64,000 bases of DNA. Origin: Mantamonas sphyraenae STR306 (taxonomy: Eukaryota; Protista; CRuMs). The DNA is taken from NCBI GenBank assembly GCA_026936335.1, contig JAPMXV010000007.1:124001-188000 (forward strand). Direction: 5' to 3'. Shown here piece by piece: positions 55,701 through 64,000 of this stretch. Within the stretch, counting starts at the first letter, position 1. The number at the start of each line of letters is the position of its first letter. The notes beneath the pieces are model-generated. The model was not told where the DNA came from, made no database searches, and saw nothing but the letters and a program-made list of their open reading frames with translations. The position numbers and the translations under genes are program-made.

Positions 55701-58700
55701 CACTTGACCACGGTGGCACACTCGCGCACAGTGCGAGCACACTCGCCCGTGGGGCAGGTCACGTTGGGACAGCGCTGGTACGGCGGGCACTGTGCCAGGC
55801 TCGCAGCACACTGGCCGTCCCAGCACTTGGTGCGGTCGGCCGGGCAGGCAGGGTTGCTGCCGCACAGGCCGTGGTTGGCCTTGCATGTGCCATCTGGACA
55901 GCGCACCTGGCCATTGGCTGCGTCGCACTGTGTGGCTGTAATGTCCGGGCACTGGGCCACGTCGGTCACACACGTGTGTCCATCCGCACACTTGACGGGT
56001 GCCGTCGACGGACACAGCTTGGTGGAGCACTCCTCAGGCTTGGTCACACAATGGCCGTCGCCACAGCGGTGCTGGCGCGACGGCGGGCAGGCCAGTGCGG
56101 CGTTGGCCGCACACTGAGCAGCGTCGGTCTTGCAACTCTGGTCGGGACACAGCACGGGTGCAGTGGCCGGGCATTGGATGTACTGGGGACACTGCGACGC
56201 GGCTGTGGCACACTCACCACGAGGGCAGCGCACAAGACCCACGGGACAGTCGCTGGGCGGCGCACACTTCTTGATGTCGTCCGTGCACGTGCCATCCTCG
56301 CACTTGACCGTCAGCGGGGCCACACAGATGGCCACGGTGCTGCACTGGTCGTACCCACTGGCACAGCTACCGTCTGGGCAGCGCACTTGTGCGTTGCCAC
56401 ACACCAGCGCCGCGGGGCACTTGTCCAGCGAGGTACGGCACGCGCCGTCCTGGCACTTGACTGTGCCCGACGGACACGACGTCAGCTGCGGGCAATCGCT
56501 GGCCTGGGCGCGGCATGAGCGGCCGTCGGGGCAGCGCACGGGTGTGGTGCCACCGCACACAATCAGAGCCTTGCACGAGGCTGCGTCGGGCGCACAGCTG
56601 CCATCGGGGCACGCCACGTTGCCTGAGGGGCAAGTGGTGGGCGTGGGGCATTGCTGCAGATCGGCCACACACTTTTGGTCGGCGGTGGGGCAGCGCAGAG
56701 GCGTGGCGGCGGGGCATGCCTCGGCCACGCGGCATTCGTTGAAGAAACGGCCGCAGGTGAAGCCATCGGGGCACAGGACGTTGCCCGGCGGACAGCGCAC
56801 ACTCGTGGGACACTCAGAGAGGGTGCGTCGGCACGTCTTGGCGTCTTCACACACCACCATGTCAGGAGGACAGAGGGCGCTGGCGTTGAACTTGGGACAG
56901 GCAGACGAGTCGACGGCGCACTGGGGCGGGATCGACGCACAGCGGAACGGGCTTGTGGGCGGGCACTGGCACTCGGCGTGGGTGCCTGCACACTGGTTGT
57001 CCCAGCAGCGCACAGGAGCAGTGGCCGGGCAGGCGCCGTTGGCCAGGCACATGGAGCTGTTGGTGACACAGGTGCCGGACGGGCAACGCACGGGGTTGCT
57101 CGGCGGGCAGCCGCACTGCTCCGGTGAATCCACACACTTGGTGGTGCCGAAGCATTGGACCTTGCCCGGAGGACAAATGGCGCCGCAGAACGAACTGTTC
57201 TGTGCGCAGCGGCCTGTGTCGGCACACTTGTGGGGTGCGTTGGGCGGGCACGGGCACAGATCAAACGAGGAGCGGCAGGACGAGTCCCAGCACTGGGCGG
57301 GAGTCGTGCCTCCGCATGCACTCGTGCACTCGGCCTGCGTGGTTGCACAGCGCTTTGTGTCTGCACACTGCACCTTGTCTGGCGGACACGGGCAGTTCTG
57401 AAAGTCGTCCTGGCACGAGGAGTCCCAGCACAACACGCGCGGAGGCGCACACGAGTTCTGGTCCTGGCAATCGGCCGTGTTGTTGGCACACAGGCCATTG
57501 GGGCACTTGGACAGACCCAGCGGACACGGGCACTCGCCGTAGTTGTTTGCACACGAGCCGTCGCTCTGGCAGCGCACCTTGTCCGCGGGACACGTCGTCG
57601 TGCCACACGACTGCTGCGTGCCGGGCACGCAGAAACCGCGCAGGAACAGGCTGCCATCCACACGCGTGCCGTTGCTCAAGCACTTGCCATCGCCAGGCGG
57701 ACACGGGCAGTACGCCACGCCAGGCACACATGTCGACGCCGGGTCGTTGCATCGGTACGGATCCGAGGCAGGGCAGCCGTTGTTGCCGCCGCCCGTGTTG
57801 CTGCACTGCGTCTGGCTGCTCAAACATTTGTTGATCGACGCGCAGAAGAAGCCAGGGCACGCGTCAGGCGGGCAGTTGGCAAGCTGGTCCTTGCACAGAG
57901 GCGGTTGGCCGTTCATGGCCGCTCGGCACGTCACAGGCAGGTGGGACAGCGTACCTTGGCCACATGTGGGGGTCGTCGTGCCACCACCGCCTCCGCCGGT
58001 GCCGGGGTTGTTGTTGTTCATGCACGCTGTCGAGTTCTCCACGCACATGTTGGTGCTGTTGCACCAGTAGCCCGGGCATGCGTCCATGGGGCACGCCTGC
58101 AGGCGATCGCGGCACACTGGTGGCTTGCCGTCCATGGCGTGCTTGCAAGTAAAGGGAACGCCAGCGAGGGCTCCCTGACCACACTGTGCGGTCTGGCCAC
58201 CTCCGCCACCGCCACCACCCGAGTTGGGACACAGAGTCGAGTTCTTCACGCACATATTGGTGCTGTTGCACCAGTAGCCCGGGCATGCGTCCATGGGGCA
58301 CGCTTCCAAACGATCGCGGCACACGGGCTGCATGCCGTTCATGGCGTGCTTGCAAGTAAAGGGAACACCAGCGAGGGCACCCTGACCACACTGTGCGGTC
58401 TGGCCACCGCCGCCACCGCCGCCGCCACCTCCGTTGTGCATGCACACGGTCGAATTCTCCACGCACATGTTGGTGCTGTTGCACCAGTAGCCTGGGCATG
58501 CGTCCATGGGGCACGCCTGCAGGCGATCGCGGCACACGGGCTGCGAGCCGTTCATGCCACCCTTGCATGTGAATGGAGTAGCAGCCAAGGCACCTTGTCC
58601 ACACTGCGCCATGCCGCCTCCACCGCCGCCGGTGCCGGTGCACAACGATGCGTTCTGCACACACCTGTTCAAGGTGGCACACCAATACGCGGGACAAGCA

Positions 58701-60264
58701 CTCATGGGGCACGCCTCCAGACGGTCACGGCACACGGGTTGCGAGCCGTTTCCTCCATGCTGGCACGTAAACGGAACGCCCGCATACGCTCCCTGTCCAC
58801 ACTGTGGGGTCTGGCCTCCTCCACCACCTCCTCCGCCGCCACCGTTGTGCATGCACATGGTCGAGTTTTGCACGCACATGTTGGTGCTGTTGCACCAGTA
58901 GCCGGGGCACGCGCTCATGGGGCAGTTTTCCAGACGGTCCTTGCACACGGGCTGCGAGCCGTTCATGCCCCCCTTGCATGTGAACGGTGTGGATGCAAGT
59001 GCTCCATGTCCACATTGTGGGGTCTGCTGGCCGCCGCCACCACCGCCTCCCATGCACACGGTGGAGTTCTGCACACACTTGTTTGTGCTGTTGCACCAGT
59101 AGCCCGGGCACGCGCCCATAGGGCACGCCTCCAAGCGGTCACGACACACCGGTTGCGAGCTGTTTGTGCCATGCTGGCAAGTGAACGGGGTCGAGGCGAG
59201 AGCACCCTGACCGCATTGAGCCGTCTGCTGGCCTCCGCCGCCACCGCCACCACCACCGCCGGTGTTGTTGCATGCTTGCTTGTACGCGCACGTGTTCATA
59301 CCACCGCCGTTGTTGCACTGGAATGCCGTCGGACAGGCGCTGTAGGTGCAGTTGGACGCGGAGCCCACGCACTTGTCACCGCAGCGGAACGGCAGGCTAC
59401 CGGGACACAGACCGCACGATGCATTCGAGTTGCGGCACTCTCCCATCTTGCCTCCACCCATCACGTTCGATGTGCATGTGATGCCCTCGTTCGGGCACGT
59501 GTTGGCTGTGTGTGCCGTGCCGTTTTTCAAAACGTGTCAGTTTCTCTCCTTGTGAAACGCTTTTGCGAGGAACATTCTGGGCTCCCTTCCTCCGGAGGCT
59601 CCACTTGTCATGTGGCCTTCACAAGCCCCACGCGCACGCCTCCACATCCCCAGCAAGCAGAGTAGCACCCCTTGCCCCTCTCTTGCCGCGCATCAGGACA
59701 TTCCTTCCTTTCGCGCTCGTTTTTTCCTTCTGCAAACAAGCACAAAATATGCGAAACACGCTCGCGCCTCAACTTACGCCCCTTGCACTCAGAGAGTCGA
59801 TCAGCACACCTGTTGTTCGCACACAGCACCAAAGGACACTGTGCAGGCGCACACATAGTCGAGTTGGTCACGCACGACCCGTCTTTGCACCGAACTGGCG
59901 CATTGTCAGGGCACGAGCAGTGAGACGCGTCAAAACGACACCTTCCTGCGTTAGGGCCGTTGTTCGGGCACTCAATGCCCGGGCAGCTCTGCGCACGACC
60001 ATGTCAGTGTACGTTCGCTCCCAACCGTGTCCGCTCAACCTCCCCAAAAGTGCGCAAACACCTCGCTTCCATTTGTGTGCATCCGGATCAGGAAAAAACG
60101 CAGCAAAAACGCACCAGCAAGCCCGAGCACTCGGAAACAACGTTCACGCATCGGTTGTCTCCACATTGAAATCCACTGCATGGAGGCGGACCTTGCCCTT
60201 CAGCTTGCAAGGCCGCCGCACACATCACAAAAATCACAAGTGCAAACTTGTTCGCGAGCGACAT
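52727..60264 (-). CDS. Secreted, probably GPI-anchored Cys-rich repeat protein; exons 60264-60115, 59988-59778, 59505-52727 (~2380 aa)
   Basis: Signal MSLANKFALVIFVMCAAALQA; dozens of CPxxxxxC(P/W)DGxCxxxxxxC repeats; beta domain ending in HFT; EGF CLGGGNCNGHGTCNGDGSCSCNTGYTGDDC; PT linker; hydrophobic C-terminus. Confidence 0.85.
57800..59225 (-). repeat. About 7 tandem ~65-70-codon Cys-rich coding repeats separated by poly-Gly linkers
   Basis: Unit QCGQGALAxxPFTC..PVCRDRLxACPMxACPGYWCNSTNMCVxNSTxC; DNA such as ttggtgctgttgcaccagtag recurs. Confidence 0.9.
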
Positions 60265-60316
60265 GGAAGTTCGTGGTTGTTTTGTTTCGTCCATCGGGGC
60301 ACACCCACGCACCCAC

Positions 60317-63300
60317 TCACACTCCTCCTGCTCCATCCATCCCATCCCCGAGCACCGGCACGCTACCCAATCCCAACGGGTCATCGTCGTTGCTGCCTCC
60401 TGAAGCGCTGCCCTGTCCTCCGCTTCGTCGTTGCTGCTTGCCTCGCTTCTTGATCAGCATCGCTGTGTTTGCCACATCCCCCCCGGAACGGCCCGACGGC
60501 GTCGTCACAGTTACACTCACCTCCTCATTTCCGTTCCCTTGCCCACTCGATGGCGGCCTGGGCTTCGGCAACTCGCTCGCTTGCGCAACGGCTGTGCGTC
60601 GCGTCCGACGGCTCTTGCCCTTGCCCTTCTCCTTCTCATCCCTCCCTTTGCTGTCCTCTTCCAGGCTCAGCTCGCTCGCGTCTTCCGTCTTGGGCACAGG
60701 ACTGCGTGATTGACTGCGTCTGCTGAGTCCCAGGTCTTCCAACTCCATCTCACTCAGCCCTTCCAGCAGACCGTCGTCTACCCTTCGTGACCCAATCCCC
60801 TCCTTTGCCAGCTCTTCACCCATCAATCGGTGATCCTCAGACATACTTTGCTCCTCCTCCGACATTCGCGGCCCTTGCGATCTGCTCATAAGCATCGGTG
60901 TCGCAGACCCGCGCCTTCCGGCACCGCCTTCGCTGCTCCTTCTGCTCCCACTCGACGACGAGCGCATCATCTCAAAGCGAGAAATGCTTCCCCGCCCTCG
61001 CTTTGTCGTATCCGCCGTCGCCCCTCCCGTTGCCGTTCGCGGCAACTCGGGCGTCCAAACTTCAGACGACACCGAAGGGGACATGGCTTCCGGCGTCGAC
61101 ATGGTCGACATCAGCACAGGCTGCCCCTCAAAGTACCCGCTCTCCAGCCCGTCTGTTTCCACACTTTCCATCATCTCAGACGACACTGCAGATGCTCCGC
61201 TTCCCTCCACTTCCACCACACCCTTGCGTGTGCTGCTTCTCCTTCTCACGCTGCTTCTCCTCTGCGGCGACTTGCCGCCCCTTTCGGTGCCAGAGCGTGC
61301 TCCTTCGCTAGCTCCGCTGCTGCTGGCCTTGCTGCTCCCGCCTCGCTTCTCGCTGCTGCTTGCCTTGCGCACGCGTCTCTTGCCCTTCCGCCCCTCCGCC
61401 GTCTTAGGACGACGAGGCCCCTTGCGTGTGCTCTTCTTTCCCTTTTCCACCTCGTCCGCAGTCCCATGGCCCACACGAGACGCCTCCAAAACAACTTGCA
61501 GCTGCTCCGGCACATTCACCGACACGGCGCGAGCGTGGCGTCGACGCGGCGTGGCCCCACTGCTGCTGCTCTGCGGCGGCATCGCCGTCACGCTCAGCAC
61601 ACCGTTGCTCGAGCGACGCTTGCGTGAGCGCAGCGACTGTTCTTTGCTGTCCTCTTGCAGCTTGTTCATCTGCATCCTCTCAAACTGCAGCTGCGTTTTC
61701 AGGATTTCGTTCTCCACACGCAGCTTCTGCATCTTCTCTGCGTTCGCCTTGGCTCCTCCTGGCAGGCTCATCATCATCATGTTGGCCATACTGCTTCCTG
61801 CGGGCATAGGTTCCGCAAGCCGCACGCTCTTGCCACCTTCCACCCGCCTGCCCGACGATCCCAGCCCACTTGTGCCAAACCCGCTCAGCCCGCGCGACAG
61901 AGTCGTCTGTGACTTCAACGCAGGCCGCAGACTACCTGCAATCAGATCGTCCAGGTCGTCGTCGTCGCTGCTGTCGTCGTCGCTGCTATCCCTCTCTTCT
62001 CCATCACCGCCTTGGTCTCCCTTGTTGCGTTCCTCTGCCCGCTGTGCGTTCTTGATCGTCGACAGGTAGAACGACGCCTCTGCCACCTCCTCCAGTTCAG
62101 ACTGCATGCGTTGCAGGAACAGCTGGCTTGTGTCCATCCACGCCATTCCCGACCGTGTTTCCATCTGGTTCCACACACTGTTTGCATCTTTGTCCTTTCC
62201 CTTCCCGCCCACGCCACCGTTGCCACCTTCTGCCCCGCTTGGCATCTGACTGCGTCGTCGGCTGCTGCTGGACAGACTGTTGTTGTTCAGCGCATTGCCA
62301 ACGCCGCTCCCGCCGCTCATGCTCCCGCTTCCCGCACCACTGCTCGTGCCCGACGTGCTCTCGTCCTTGCGTCCCGGACGGCGTCGCAGCTCAGAGTACT
62401 CTCGCTCCACCTGCACGTTGGTCGCAAGCACCTTTTTCAACACCTGGCCGTGAAGCTTCATCGTCACCTTGCCGCTTTCGTCAAACAGGTCCTTCACATC
62501 GCCCAAGTCAGACTCCAGCAGCAACTCGTCGTCTACGTTCGACATGGCTTGGATGTAGTCTTCCAACTGTTCCAACTCGTGCTTGCCCAGCTCCGACAGA
62601 CGCTCCCGCTCAAAAACAAACGGGTAGCGTGTCACGCGACGTCGCTTCAGCTCACGCAGCAGCTCATGCTTCTCCAGCGCACACAGTTCCAGGTGCTTCG
62701 ACACAATGCGTGTTGTCCGGTCTCGTTCCGTTTGCGCACGCAGGATCCGTTTCATGCTGCCCATCAATTCCTCCTTCAACACCTCCAGCGATCGCAGCTG
62801 CTTCACAAGCTCCTTCTCGGTGTCCATCCGAGCCTTTTCGCTCATTTCGTCGCCGTCGCCCTTTGCTTCTCCATCTTGCGTCTCTCCAGCCTCCAACTGT
62901 CGCTGCAGCGTCTCCACACGCAGGTCGATCTCCTCGATGCTCTTCATCAGTTTCAGAACCTCCTCATTGTCCGGGATTGCCATGGTCAGGTTCTTTCGCA
63001 GCAACCCTTGCATTTCCAGTCGCTTGGGTTCCAGCTGCTTCAGGTTTTCCTGGATCAGCTTCAGTGGCAGATGCTCCGACCCACTCGACGCGCGCAGGGC
63101 CGCGTTCAGGTACGTGTTCACCTTGCGCCGCTCCACACTCATGTCAAAAAGCTCCTTCATCTTTTGCAGCGACCAATGCGACTCGTCAAACTGCTCCGTC
63201 AGCATGCGCTGCAACTGCCTTCGCAGAATGTCCTTGCGCTGGTCCAGGCCCTCCAGCTGCTGCTTCCACTTGAACCGCGTCTGCGAATACCCACTCCCGT

Positions 63301-64000
63301 GAATCATCCTGTCCTCTTGCTGCTCCACGGTCTGCGAAAAGTCATGTTGCAGCTTCTGCTCCTCCACCTCTAGCTGCTTCAGCCTGTCCAGCAGCACGTG
63401 CACTCCGGCCAATTCCGGCAGCGCAAAATGCAGCTGGCCCTCAAGGCGTCGGCGTACCGCGCGTCGATGTGCTTCCAGTTCCTGCATGTCCTTCACCAAC
63501 CGCTCCACAATGACCACCGACTCTCCGTCGCTGCCCTGTGTGCGCATCACCTCTTCAAACTCCTGCAGGTACTCTTCCTTGGCCTCTTGCAACTCCTCCA
63601 TCTCCAGGAACAGGTCATGCGTCGGGTCGTGCTCCACCCCACCGTAGAATCGCTGGATTTCCAGGTGCAGTTGGTTCATCAGCTTCTGCTTGCCCGAGTC
63701 TGCACGGCGCATCTTTTCAATCGACTCGAGCCTCGTCTCGTGCTCCTCATCCGTTTCCTCCGCGCCTTCCATCAGCAGCGACGTGTGGTTGTGGATCTGG
63801 CCCAGCAGCGACATGATTCGGTCGTCCATCACCTGCATGGCTCGTATCGTCTTGACCGGCGAGTCCACGTTGCCCGCCACCTCACCGTCTACGTTCTCCG
63901 CCAGTGAGATCACAAGCTGGTTCATCACTTCTGTGTCCTTGCGCGTGGCCTCCTGCAGCTCGCTCACGACCACTCGCTCCGGCAGCGGCATGTGCACCTC
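60317..64000 (-). CDS. Large coiled-coil protein with Ser/Arg-rich disordered C-terminus; 5' end lies outside the window
   Basis: An ORF of more than 1,226 aa runs to the window edge with heptad E/L/Q/R-rich segments; no recognisable family motif. Confidence 0.75.
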   Translation of the reverse strand, partial: EVHMPLPERVVVSELQEATRKDTEVMNQLVISLAENVDGEVAGNVDSPVKTIRAMQVMDDRIMSLLGQIHNHTSLLMEGAEETDEEHETRLESIEKMRRADSGKQKLMNQLHLEIQRFYGGVEHDPTHDLFLEMEELQEAKEEYLQEFEEVMRTQGSDGESVVIVERLVKDMQELEAHRRAVRRRLEGQLHFALPELAGVHVLLDRLKQLEVEEQKLQHDFSQTVEQQEDRMIHGSGYSQTRFKWKQQLEGLDQRKDILRRQLQRMLTEQFDESHWSLQKMKELFDMSVERRKVNTYLNAALRASSGSEHLPLKLIQENLKQLEPKRLEMQGLLRKNLTMAIPDNEEVLKLMKSIEEIDLRVETLQRQLEAGETQDGEAKGDGDEMSEKARMDTEKELVKQLRSLEVLKEELMGSMKRILRAQTERDRTTRIVSKHLELCALEKHELLRELKRRRVTRYPFVFERERLSELGKHELEQLEDYIQAMSNVDDELLLESDLGDVKDLFDESGKVTMKLHGQVLKKVLATNVQVEREYSELRRRPGRKDESTSGTSSGAGSGSMSGGSGVGNALNNNSLSSSSRRRSQMPSGAEGGNGGVGGKGKDKDANSVWNQMETRSGMAWMDTSQLFLQRMQSELEEVAEASFYLSTIKNAQRAEERNKGDQGGDGEERDSSDDDSSDDDDLDDLIAGSLRPALKSQTTLSRGLSGFGTSGLGSSGRRVEGGKSVRLAEPMPAGSSMANMMMMSLPGGAKANAEKMQKLRVENEILKTQLQFERMQMNKLQEDSKEQSLRSRKRRSSNGVLSVTAMPPQSSSSGATPRRRHARAVSVNVPEQLQVVLEASRVGHGTADEVEKGKKSTRKGPRRPKTAEGRKGKRRVRKASSSEKRGGSSKASSSGASEGARSGTERGGKSPQRRSSVRRRSSTRKGVVEVEGSGASAVSSEMMESVETDGLESGYFEGQPVLMSTMSTPEAMSPSVSSEVWTPELPRTATGGATADTTKRGRGSISRFEMMRSSSSGSRRSSEGGAGRRGSATPMLMSRSQGPRMSEEEQSMSEDHRLMGEELAKEGIGSRRVDDGLLEGLSEMELEDLGLSRRSQSRSPVPKTEDASELSLEEDSKGRDEKEKGKGKSRRTRRTAVAQASELPKPRPPSSGQGNGNEEVSVTVTTPSGRSGGDVANTAMLIKKRGKQQRRSGGQGSASGGSNDDDPLGLGSVPVLGDGMDGAGGV

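Noticed and set aside
57800-59225. Repeats with variable spacers suggesting a CRISPR array
   Set aside because: They are in-frame coding repeats in a eukaryotic gene, with no cas genes.
52787-59665. Long plus-strand ORFs (1243 aa and 836 aa)
   Set aside because: Antisense shadows of the GC-rich repetitive Cys-rich gene; no protein-like motifs.
1-64000. Transposons, viral insertions, tRNA/rRNA genes, alternative genetic code
   Set aside because: No transposase, RT, integrase or capsid motifs and no tRNA/rRNA patterns seen; conserved genes translate and terminate normally with the standard code.

Overview
A 64 kb piece of a very compact, GC-rich eukaryotic nuclear genome, probably a flagellated protist; the taxon cannot be determined from the sequence. 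It holds about 20 protein-coding genes with short GT-AG introns (60-400 nt; many have a CTRAC branch site and most a YAG acceptor). In order: EMC8/9, ARP3, SF3B1, a split-MYND/CXC protein, an ARM/HEAT-like orphan, a PIP-box USP, a small membrane protein, a 2xMYND-USP-CS deubiquitinase, mitochondrial CLPP, DPH2, a ~5,650-aa surface receptor, a C2/IQCE-like coiled-coil protein, VPS2/CHMP2, AP-4 beta, an orphan multipass protein, CHID1, COX10, a ~2,380-aa Cys-rich GPI-anchored protein, and partial genes at both ends. Main highlights: (1) the giant receptor joins a filamin/IPT/discoidin/Ig-like ectodomain and a TRP/FLC-like ~9-TM domain to two tandem RGS-like domains; (2) a box C/D RNA candidate in ARP3 intron 4; (3) operon-like gene packing, with stop-to-ATG gaps down to 10 bp; (4) two apparent frameshifts in otherwise intact genes; (5) a USP with a canonical PCNA PIP box. 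All domain calls are by eye from motifs; no searches were run.
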